The notes below the pieces were generated by a model. That model was not told the origin of the DNA and ran no database searches. It was given only the letters and a program-made list of their open reading frames with translations. Below are positions 16,361 through 25,033 of a stretch of DNA of 30,315 bases, in pieces. The DNA is taken from the IMG/VR virus record IMGVR_UViG_3300006029_000045, positions 1 through 30,315 of that record; one strand, given 5' to 3'. The DNA comes from a virus (taxonomy: Duplodnaviria; Caudoviricetes). The position numbers and the translations under genes are program-made. Position 1 is the first letter of the stretch. Every line of letters begins with the position of its first letter.

Positions 16361-16766
16361 GATATTCATTAGTACGAATCATAGCGGCTATTTCTGTAGC
16401 CCTATTCCCTACTTGATCAGCCCATCGAGATCTCAAAAATTCATCGGCTGCTTCTGTGTACTTACGCTGAGACATAAAGTCTAAGGCTTTGACAAAAGTA
16501 GCTAGCCTTGGAACCCCCATATTAAATGCTAGATTCAACAGGGCATCCTTCCTAGCTCCTTCTAAATACTTATAGAAATAAAATCTTTCGTTTAGCTCTT
16601 CATGAAAGTTTTGTATGTCATTCTTCAGGAGGTATCTGGCCTCATCTTCACTGATGCCACAATCTTCTAAGTTTCTACCCACACCGATAGTTAATTTATT
16701 TGAAGTACATCGGTAAGGTTCAAGTTTTAAACCTTCATGTCTTATTAGTAAATCAATCAGCCCCAT
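16353..16766 (-). CDS. Endolysin, T4-type lysozyme (GH24)
   Basis: HEG-x6-RCTSNKLTIGVG (E-x8-C-x5-T triad), LAFNMG, SRWADQVGNRA resembling T4L SRWYNQTPNRA. Confidence 0.9.
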   Translation of the reverse strand: MGLIDLLIRHEGLKLEPYRCTSNKLTIGVGRNLEDCGISEDEARYLLKNDIQNFHEELNERFYFYKYLEGARKDALLNLAFNMGVPRLATFVKALDFMSQRKYTEAADEFLRSRWADQVGNRATEIAAMIRTNEYPT

Positions 16767-18054
16767 AAAGCCTTTCCCTTAAAAGATTTTCATAGCCTTC
16801 ATCATCCAGATGAGTAACAGCAATCCAAGCGTGAGACATCTCATCACCAGTACGGCTTCCACCTACCACCCACTGATCAGGATCAGGGTTATTAGGGTTA
16901 TCTTCTGTGTTGTCGTACCATTGTTTTACTACCATTACTTCTCCTGCAAGCAACAAGGGAGCCTCTGAGGGGCTGTATAGATGACTGTGGTGCCAAGTAG
17001 CACTCCAATTAGATATCTGACTGACGGGTCTTGTACGTCCTGTAAGGGGGCTAAATATCTCTAGTGAAGCAGCATTCATACGAAGATGACCGTGGGGCTG
17101 GAAGCTATCTATCCTGACAGGGTGATCAAAGCTGTGAAACCCTTGTGTCATAGTGTAACCATTAGGAGGAATAATTAAATGTCCATTCTCATAACCATCC
17201 CTTAGAGGATAGAGCTTTAAGTCTTGTTGATAGACATCGTTGTTAGCTTGATAGTCTTCTTCATGAAACCATAAACCAATCTCTACCACATTATCTTTAA
17301 TCATGTTCCCTTCTGCTGTGGCTCCTACACCACCGGGAAACATATGGATATCCCAACGCACCAAAGAGTTAGCAGGGAAAGTACGGCACACTCCTTGAGG
17401 CATTAATTCACCCCACTTGCCCATAGCATATTCAGTCAACTGACCATACTGCTGCAGCTCTCCTTCATCATCATATACATATACATCTGAGTTAGCGTGA
17501 TGAACTACAGCCGCTGCATCACCCCTAGGCTTAACCTGTACAGCTTTTATACAACGTGTTTCAGCTAATTGAGGATCTACAAACTCCTTGCTCCATAGGT
17601 CATTGCCAGTAGCAGGGATGTCGTAGGATGAAGAAGGTATGATAAGGTCAGGACTACCAAACTCTGGCTCAAAATTCCAAGATTCTAAACTAGGTAGGGC
17701 AGGAGGCTGAACAACTGTATCTCGACTACCATAAGGAGAACCAGAGTTTACCCAGTTCACAACAGTTTCTATTTGATCTTGTGATAGTCTCCAATCTCCT
17801 TCAAGGTTTTGAATGCCTATATGATCATCATAAGCATAAGGGGGCATCTCTCTATTAGCTACCTTATGGGAAATTAAAGGAGACCAAGGTCTTACCTGTT
17901 CATAAGTCTCAAAAGACATAGGGCCTATACCGCCTTCCCTGTGGCAGACAACACAGTTATTATTTATTATACTTGCTACCGTATCGACATATGTATCATC
18001 GGCTTGAGCCGCCGTAGCTAGTCCCATACAAACAGCTAATAAAGTCTTTTTCAT
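16753..18054 (-). CDS. Secreted c-type cytochrome fused to a copper type II (PHM/DBH-like) monooxygenase
   Basis: Signal peptide MKKTLLAVCMGLATAAQA, CVVCH plus REMPP, VVHH, WDIHM, PHGHL, GDEM; AGGTGG RBS before ATG 18054. Confidence 0.8.
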   Translation of the reverse strand: MKKTLLAVCMGLATAAQADDTYVDTVASIINNNCVVCHREGGIGPMSFETYEQVRPWSPLISHKVANREMPPYAYDDHIGIQNLEGDWRLSQDQIETVVNWVNSGSPYGSRDTVVQPPALPSLESWNFEPEFGSPDLIIPSSSYDIPATGNDLWSKEFVDPQLAETRCIKAVQVKPRGDAAAVVHHANSDVYVYDDEGELQQYGQLTEYAMGKWGELMPQGVCRTFPANSLVRWDIHMFPGGVGATAEGNMIKDNVVEIGLWFHEEDYQANNDVYQQDLKLYPLRDGYENGHLIIPPNGYTMTQGFHSFDHPVRIDSFQPHGHLRMNAASLEIFSPLTGRTRPVSQISNWSATWHHSHLYSPSEAPLLLAGEVMVVKQWYDNTEDNPNNPDPDQWVVGGSRTGDEMSHAWIAVTHLDDEGYENLLRERLYGAD

Positions 18055-18055
18055 A

Positions 18056-18226
18056 TTACCACCTATCAAATAGTTGATCCGCAGAGCAGTGAGGCTGTGA
18101 TCTACAGTCTCTAAGATTCATCTGAAACAATTCCTCAGGCATAGTGTTAGGAAACTCTATAGGAAAATCGTAGTTCGATGTTGAACAGCCAGTTAAAATA
18201 AGTAATGCACATAGTGAGTATTTCAT
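18056..18226 (-). CDS. 56-aa lipoprotein (MKYSLCALLILTG-CSTSNYDF..DCRSQPHC..FDRW)
   Basis: Lipobox LTG-C; fills the 18055-18228 gap with 2-nt and 1-nt spacing; missed by the track. Confidence 0.75.
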   Translation of the reverse strand: MKYSLCALLILTGCSTSNYDFPIEFPNTMPEELFQMNLRDCRSQPHCSADQLFDRW

Positions 18227-18228
18227 AA

Positions 18229-21200
18229 TTATCTTAGATTGTATGCAAAACTACCAGATTCTACTTTATCTAGATCGTTCACATTAAATACTAAATCTTC
18301 TCCATATATTAAAGGTTTCCCTTCAGCTAATTTTTTACTTGTGTTGTAATAGGCTAGCGCCAGTTTAGTTTTTGCATCTTCTTCGTTTTCTGCCACATCT
18401 CTTAGATTAGCACCGTATGCATTATTAACCATATCTAGTTTTTCAGTATTAGGGTTTTCTCTAAAAAACGATTGGCCTATTTCCTTTGCCTGAAGTAAAG
18501 GATCTTTAAGCGTAGAGCCATGCTTGTATACTAGGTAGGCATGATTTAAAGCATTGAAGGCTTCTTCATCAGCCCCCGAACCAAACTTCCCGAACCCTGC
18601 TTCATCAGTAGGTATCATAGATCTTTGAGGTATTAGGCCCTGTTCAGCAAATTGATTTACTAAACGAACAACTTCTTTTTCATGAGCGCGTTGCTGTTCT
18701 GCACCAAAGCCTAAAGCTTCGGCTCCAGCCGTAAGAGTTTTATTAAATATCTTTTTTAATACGCCGCCGTCTGCAAAGTCGGCTCTATCAAGTTCTGCTA
18801 TCCTTTCTTTTCTTTCTAATAGCAGCTCTTTTAATTCTTCAGTATCACCATTTGCTTTTGCCGTGGCTATCATCTCTTCGTATTCTAGCTCTATGTCGGC
18901 TATTTGATTGGCTATTGTACTGTCCTGTGCAAAGTCATCATAGGCCATATCCCTAGCTCTAATATTATCTAACTCATTTGTGATCAAAAAAGTTTCATCT
19001 GCTAAGTCTTGACCAGTTTCCATACCTATTTCATCTGCCAGTTCACCCGACCTATTGAACACCTGAATTTCTTCATCTGTATATCCTCTAAGTCTTGAAA
19101 ACTCTTCGCCACCTACCTCGCCTTGTTCTAGTATTTCAGGGGGAATAGGACTATGCTTTTCGTCTAACAAAGCGCGAGTATTAGTTTGTAGAAATTCTAC
19201 ATACTTTGGATTAGCTGTGCTTAACTCCAAAGGAATATCCATATCCTCAATAGGTGTATCTACAGCATTAACTATTCTACTAGCAGCCTCTTGTGCTGAG
19301 TCTCTAGAGACATTTCTTTTAGAATATTTTTCAATCACATCTGCTAGTAGCCCTATAACAACTTTACCACCGCCAGCAAATTCTACGCGCTCTTCCTCAT
19401 CAATAAAGGCTCCACCAGCCTGTTCATTATAAGGAAGACCTGTCAAACGATCTATGCGCTCATCAGGTTCTTCAGGGGCATTAGGCACATTATAAACTTC
19501 ACCGCCTATGGAAAACAAAGTTCTTCTTAGGGGAGAATCTTCTTTAGGTCTTTCTAGCCTAGTGCCTACCATATTGGAATATTGCCTAGTCATTTCTTTA
19601 ACAGTAGCCCCAACAGACTCTCCCGGCCCAAACCGCATCTTTTCGTATGCGTTCCTAATCAAATCTGAAGATACTTGTGTGGGCATATATCGACCGCTTA
19701 AAAACTGGCTTATAGTTTTATTACTAAGATTTCCATCTTGTAGATACTGTGCTGTTTTTCTTTTGCCTATTAGATCTATAGAGGCTTCAACTTTTCTAGA
19801 AAGCTCTTGAGCATTTCTGTACAAAGCCTTTTCTTTATTAACATAATCTCCTACAATCTGATCCTGTGTTGATCTATAATTTACAAAAACACTCTGTAGG
19901 TTTCTGTTATCTTCGTTATAGTCTGATATAGAAAATCTTAAAGAATCTTCAGGGGCTAGCTCTTTAAATCTTACACCTAACATTGCAACAAGCTCAGTAG
20001 AAACTAAGTTATTCTTTCCTGTGTACTTATTAGGTACATCCAGCCCTGCTTCAAAAAGATTCTTTGTCTGAGTAACCACACCCGGAACAAATGCCTCTAG
20101 AATATGATAAGGAGTAGCTTCTAGTCTTTCTCTTTTAGTCATGTTTGCGGTAAACAGAGCCTTACCTTCTGGAGTTCTACCATTGCCTTTCATAGCAAAC
20201 CCGACATCTGTTATTGCTTTTGTAAGTATTGTTTCATCTACATATGGTCTTACTAAAGCATCTACTGCACTTACAGTAGCATCCGCTAAATATTTATCTA
20301 GTCTCTCTCCCTGTAAACTGCCATCGCGTATTTCACGATAAGCCGCCATTAGTGGTTCTTTAATTACACTATAGCTATCTAAAAACTGTGTATCAGATGT
20401 ATATAACTTATCATCCATTCTTAGAAATAACTTTGGCGCATCCTTTGACCAAGGAGTTTCAGTCAAAGTCTGTGCAGCTTCCCTCTCTTCTTCAGTTAAT
20501 CCTGCAAGTTTAGCAGTGGCTGATCCAGCAGCATAAAAGGCTCCGTTAGTCGCTAGAAATCCTCCAATTCTTCTTAGTCCTCTAGCCTTTAAAACATCGT
20601 TACCTGAGGTTATTTCGCGTGAGGCTTGTCTAATTATATTTCCTGAAGTTCTAATAATCTCAGCAGGAAAACTTACAAAGCTACCAACCGGTGCGTTTCT
20701 TAAAGCCTTTATACCTTTAGGAACTCTGTCATAGTTAGGTAGAGTATCTCTGATTACATTAGCAGCCTCTTCTTCAAGAGTAGCTAGTTCTCTATCCGGG
20801 AATGCCTCTTTAAGAGTATCTAGCTCTTGATTGTATGCGCTTATTTTGAAGAGATCGTCAGTAGCAACATAAACATCTTCTACAGCATCGACAACTTTAC
20901 CACCATACTTTCCTATTTTACCTAGCTTATCTCTAAGTTTACTGGGGTCAATAAGAGTATCTATATCTGACTCCATTAGAGATCTAAATTCCCCAACCCT
21001 TACATTAGTGTTTATAATGCCTAGTCTTAAATACTTTTCATAAAGTGCATCTAAGGTTACATCTTGGCCTTTTGTTAGTTGATTTTTAAGTGTTGTTCCT
21101 GCACCACTGAACTCGTAAGGTTTTAGTCCGTTAGCTGTTCCAAACTGTAAACCACCTAATAGGTTTCTAGCTTGTGTAGTCACACTGAATACAGTTTTAG

Positions 21201-23121
21201 CAGCCTGTGAAGATCCTTTAAGTGATAAGAAAGTTCTGTACGCATTAGCTAAAACATTGTCAGCTTGTGGGGCTGATAGAAAAGATTCGTTTTGTTTTAT
21301 TGCAGTGAGTATTTCAGGAGTTGTATACTTGCCATCTAGTATTGAATTAGTTCCTGTTATCTTATTCGCATCTTTAATTAAATCTACAGGAGCATTATCT
21401 TCATCAAAGATGTATTTACCCTGAGTGCCTAGCTTGTTTAAGTTACTATAAAACTTGCTAGTCTCTACAAACCTAGACATTTTACTTACGGTAAGAACAA
21501 TGTTATCCGCAGGATCTGTTATCTCTCCCATCAATGCCCTAATCTCAGGAGATATTTCTTGTTTACCTGTTAATATTTCACCATTAATTCTTTTGGCTTT
21601 TACAAAATAATCTCCTGCTGCGTTTCTATCTGCAAAGCCTCCCTGATCTAAAATATTATTTATTTGTATCTCTGCTTGCCTGTACGCCTCATCTAGATCC
21701 ATTGCACCCTGAGTTTTATCCATAGTTTGTTGGACTAGATACTCTCTGGCATCATTGACAACATCTTCAGATGGTTTGAATCCTGTATCCTCAAATAAAC
21801 GATAAGACCTTCTTAGATACGATCCTATATTTTCATTTACAAGTTCTTTAATCTCTAAGGGTATGCTAGAGCTTCCTGTTATTTCTTTTGATAAATCATC
21901 AATAAGCTCTCTGGCATTTAAAACTTCTTCTGCTACCTCAGTTGAAAAACCAAACTCTTCTTCTATATCCATCAAAGCAAGTTTTCTATCAGATCTTCCT
22001 AGATCTTTTAACTTTGGATCTGTAAGAACTTTTTGAACTTTATCGCTTATATCAACGTCTGAGTTTTTAGCCATCTCATCCATAGCTGTAGTTAATCTAG
22101 TGGCTATGTGTTCGGCTCTACTGACAGCAGATCTCTGCGCGTACTGGGCATCATCAAAAGCACTCTTAGCTTTGGTTGTAAAATATCCTCTCTGAGTAAA
22201 AAGCTGCCTAAATACTCTATTTAAACGACTGCTTCGCTGCTGTTGTACTTGTGCAGCCCCCTCAGCAGTTTCGTTAAACTCTATTTTATCTTCACGCTTC
22301 TGTAATCCTGCTCTTTCTCTAGAATCTTTTAGATAATCTACAAATACCTCACCCCTTTCCTCTGGGCTAAGATTTTTAGCGTTCTTGTTAAACATTGAAC
22401 GCGCTTTTGAGTAGATGTCCACGGCTCCTTTTCCACCCGCTACAGCCATATCTACTAAGGCACCAAGCGCAAGACCCTCGCCTACTAACTTTAAACGCTT
22501 TTCAACTTCAGAGTCCGTTTCATCAGTTGCTAAATAAGCCGATATGTCAGCTACAGTTGTCTCAGGAAACGCTTCTTCTAAAAAGTTAAATAAATTTTCA
22601 TCTTCATCGCCCAGTAGCTGATCCGTAAGCATACCACTCAAGGCTCCTTGAACTATCCTTGGAGTCTGTGCTATTGCTTTAATTCCCGCTGCTTTTGAAC
22701 CTACCGCAAGATATGGCACAACTTCCGCAATCTGCCCAGTAACAGTTGTAGACCCTCGCACTTTACCTGTTTCTGGATCTAAAAGATCTGGTTGTCCTTG
22801 TGTAGCTAAAGCCGCTCCCATTTGCCCAGAAAACTTTTGAATAATTTCACGATGTTCTTTGGGTGCGAAGGATGATAAAACATCGATTCCTGTTCCTATT
22901 ATACTCGCTTCAGTACGGGCCAAAACTTTTCTAAAATCAAAGACTACTCCTTCCTTTTCTACAGGAATATTTTTTATTTCTTCTTCAGGCTCTGGTTGCT
23001 CTACAGGCTCTGGCTGCTCTATAGTACTCCCAACATATTGAGCTTCAACTTGCTCATCTGTAACGTCATCAGGGACATTAGTAATAACTTTTCCTGTTGA
23101 TAATGTAACTGGTCTAGGCAT
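18229..23121 (-). CDS. Large internal virion/ejection protein (gp16-position, modular C-terminus)
   Basis: 1630 aa, helical composition, last of the core-protein cluster; AAGGA RBS; function inferred from size and position. Confidence 0.65.
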   Translation of the reverse strand: MPRPVTLSTGKVITNVPDDVTDEQVEAQYVGSTIEQPEPVEQPEPEEEIKNIPVEKEGVVFDFRKVLARTEASIIGTGIDVLSSFAPKEHREIIQKFSGQMGAALATQGQPDLLDPETGKVRGSTTVTGQIAEVVPYLAVGSKAAGIKAIAQTPRIVQGALSGMLTDQLLGDEDENLFNFLEEAFPETTVADISAYLATDETDSEVEKRLKLVGEGLALGALVDMAVAGGKGAVDIYSKARSMFNKNAKNLSPEERGEVFVDYLKDSRERAGLQKREDKIEFNETAEGAAQVQQQRSSRLNRVFRQLFTQRGYFTTKAKSAFDDAQYAQRSAVSRAEHIATRLTTAMDEMAKNSDVDISDKVQKVLTDPKLKDLGRSDRKLALMDIEEEFGFSTEVAEEVLNARELIDDLSKEITGSSSIPLEIKELVNENIGSYLRRSYRLFEDTGFKPSEDVVNDAREYLVQQTMDKTQGAMDLDEAYRQAEIQINNILDQGGFADRNAAGDYFVKAKRINGEILTGKQEISPEIRALMGEITDPADNIVLTVSKMSRFVETSKFYSNLNKLGTQGKYIFDEDNAPVDLIKDANKITGTNSILDGKYTTPEILTAIKQNESFLSAPQADNVLANAYRTFLSLKGSSQAAKTVFSVTTQARNLLGGLQFGTANGLKPYEFSGAGTTLKNQLTKGQDVTLDALYEKYLRLGIINTNVRVGEFRSLMESDIDTLIDPSKLRDKLGKIGKYGGKVVDAVEDVYVATDDLFKISAYNQELDTLKEAFPDRELATLEEEAANVIRDTLPNYDRVPKGIKALRNAPVGSFVSFPAEIIRTSGNIIRQASREITSGNDVLKARGLRRIGGFLATNGAFYAAGSATAKLAGLTEEEREAAQTLTETPWSKDAPKLFLRMDDKLYTSDTQFLDSYSVIKEPLMAAYREIRDGSLQGERLDKYLADATVSAVDALVRPYVDETILTKAITDVGFAMKGNGRTPEGKALFTANMTKRERLEATPYHILEAFVPGVVTQTKNLFEAGLDVPNKYTGKNNLVSTELVAMLGVRFKELAPEDSLRFSISDYNEDNRNLQSVFVNYRSTQDQIVGDYVNKEKALYRNAQELSRKVEASIDLIGKRKTAQYLQDGNLSNKTISQFLSGRYMPTQVSSDLIRNAYEKMRFGPGESVGATVKEMTRQYSNMVGTRLERPKEDSPLRRTLFSIGGEVYNVPNAPEEPDERIDRLTGLPYNEQAGGAFIDEEERVEFAGGGKVVIGLLADVIEKYSKRNVSRDSAQEAASRIVNAVDTPIEDMDIPLELSTANPKYVEFLQTNTRALLDEKHSPIPPEILEQGEVGGEEFSRLRGYTDEEIQVFNRSGELADEIGMETGQDLADETFLITNELDNIRARDMAYDDFAQDSTIANQIADIELEYEEMIATAKANGDTEELKELLLERKERIAELDRADFADGGVLKKIFNKTLTAGAEALGFGAEQQRAHEKEVVRLVNQFAEQGLIPQRSMIPTDEAGFGKFGSGADEEAFNALNHAYLVYKHGSTLKDPLLQAKEIGQSFFRENPNTEKLDMVNNAYGANLRDVAENEEDAKTKLALAYYNTSKKLAEGKPLIYGEDLVFNVNDLDKVESGSFAYNLR

Positions 23122-23131
23122 TGCTTAGTCC

Positions 23132-24487
23132 TTATGGGCGTTCATATTCTTGTGGTGAAGTCAAAGATTTTACTTGGGTCATATTCTGTAATATTCTTTT
23201 GAATAAAGAGTCAAATTGTGTTTGATATTCTTCTAAAGTAATATCTTCTCTTTCATATTCTAATACTAAAGCTTGTAGTGCTACGCCATCATTAACAACT
23301 AAATCATATCCAGCGGCTAGTCTAGCTCTTAGATCTGGATTATCTACATAAGATGGATTTTTAAGAAGCTCTGTAAATATTTCACCTTCTGCTTGCCACT
23401 GAGCCTGTGTTGTGTAGTCGCCTACTGCATCATAACCAGCTTCCTGCACTTTCGTAGCAAATGCATTAACACCATCGGTACTCAGATAATTTTTAACTTG
23501 ATCAGCATAATTAAAAGTGTTTCTTAAAGTTTCTGCTGTAGCTTGGGCAGCTAATACAGGATCATCTTTCCTAGCCGAATAAACTATTTCTGGCTCACTT
23601 GTGACTGTCGTTACTTCACCTGTAAAAACATCTGTTGTTTTTATTTTTTCAGTTTTAAACAACACTTGGTTAATACCACTACCTAAACTTATAATATTTT
23701 CCTCTGTGTCTACTTTATCTCTATCTGTAGGAGCCTCTAGATCATGAACATAGTCTGTAAACTTTGCGGCCTTGACAACACTTTTTTCTTGCTCATACTT
23801 ATCCATAAAGGTATTGAAGGCATCTACATTCTGAGCCAAGGGGCCATTTTGAATAGCGAGAAAAGCCTCATCTTCAAAGTCTTGCCTAGATCTTCCTGAT
23901 ATAGCTCCCCTTAGTTCACGACTTAGAAGACCCATGACACTAGCAGGTTTGGCATTTTTAGAAGCTAACTCTACCGTAGCATTAAAATCTTCAAAGCTTC
24001 CTACTCTTTGGGACAACGCATAAGCCTCATCATGATTTGCTGCCAGCGGAGTAATTATTTCTCCCAGTCTGTTTCTAATATCTGCATCAAATACATCAGG
24101 GTTAGCTGCAAAATCTCTCCAGCCTTCTTCGCCTTCTCTTTCAGCCAACTCTGCTCTGTAACCTTCTTCAAAAGTAGGGAGGTGCTGCTCAAACAAAAAG
24201 TCGTATGTAGATTTACCGGAAGCATCTATTTGCTTCTGAATACCACCTATTCTTGTTTTTCTATCATTGGCTATTTTAGCTTGTATTCTTTCATCCATTA
24301 TAGGAGCAGAGTTAATAAAACTATTAGCAGACTCACGTAATGTATCATTTAATACAGTTCCTAAAAATTTACCAGCTACATTAGAAAATGTACCTACAGC
24401 GGCCTCCCTCTGTTGCCGTTTAGCAATATCTTTATATTGTCTACGTCTGTTGTTTTGTAACTTAGTAAAAACTGATTCAATAGCCAT
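23132..24487 (-). CDS. Putative internal virion protein, 451 aa
   Basis: GAGGA RBS; position in the core-protein cluster. Confidence 0.55.
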   Translation of the reverse strand: MAIESVFTKLQNNRRRQYKDIAKRQQREAAVGTFSNVAGKFLGTVLNDTLRESANSFINSAPIMDERIQAKIANDRKTRIGGIQKQIDASGKSTYDFLFEQHLPTFEEGYRAELAEREGEEGWRDFAANPDVFDADIRNRLGEIITPLAANHDEAYALSQRVGSFEDFNATVELASKNAKPASVMGLLSRELRGAISGRSRQDFEDEAFLAIQNGPLAQNVDAFNTFMDKYEQEKSVVKAAKFTDYVHDLEAPTDRDKVDTEENIISLGSGINQVLFKTEKIKTTDVFTGEVTTVTSEPEIVYSARKDDPVLAAQATAETLRNTFNYADQVKNYLSTDGVNAFATKVQEAGYDAVGDYTTQAQWQAEGEIFTELLKNPSYVDNPDLRARLAAGYDLVVNDGVALQALVLEYEREDITLEEYQTQFDSLFKRILQNMTQVKSLTSPQEYERP

Positions 24488-24489
24488 TT

Positions 24490-25032
24490 TTATTCCTCTA
24501 ACAAATTCTTTTCTTGAGGAGCCATTAAACTTTCTACAGGCAACTCTTCTATTTTTTCTTGTATCTCTTTAGGTATAGCACCTTTAGGTATGTTCTGATG
24601 TTTATTTTTCATATAAGAAGCCATATCAACAGTTGCTCCTGTTGCTCTATTTTCTGCTTCTTCTTCTTCATCTTCTTCTGCATAGATAACATAATCTATA
24701 CCAGCTCTTTCAGCTAATCCCATGATTATGTAAGTAGCAGGTTCTGCAAGCAGCATCATTAGATCAGGATTCCAAATACCTTTATCAAAAGCCGCAAAGA
24801 GTATAGTTTGAACAATTTCCATTATAGGAATGCCCTCTATAACTAACTCCATAACTTCTGGATATGTTTCTTCCTCTACAATCTTTGTGAAAAAATATTC
24901 AATACCTTCTCTAAGATTAGTTATCTCAGGAGCTTTTTCAAATTCATAGCGTTGCTCAGGATCGTTCGTAAGAGACTGACCCGGAATAGATCTTCCAGCT
25001 TTTAATATATGATCTACGTAACTTTTTTCCAT
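24490..25032 (-). CDS. Putative virion-associated protein, 180 aa (IPGQSLT motif)
   Basis: ATG 25032 lies 1 nt after the upstream stop; the track start 25113 overlaps the upstream gene. Confidence 0.6.
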   Translation of the reverse strand: MEKSYVDHILKAGRSIPGQSLTNDPEQRYEFEKAPEITNLREGIEYFFTKIVEEETYPEVMELVIEGIPIMEIVQTILFAAFDKGIWNPDLMMLLAEPATYIIMGLAERAGIDYVIYAEEDEEEEAENRATGATVDMASYMKNKHQNIPKGAIPKEIQEKIEELPVESLMAPQEKNLLEE

Positions 25033-25033
25033 T

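Noticed and set aside
22984-23021. Short tandem duplication encoding EQPEPVEQPEP
   Set aside because: Ordinary low-complexity linker.
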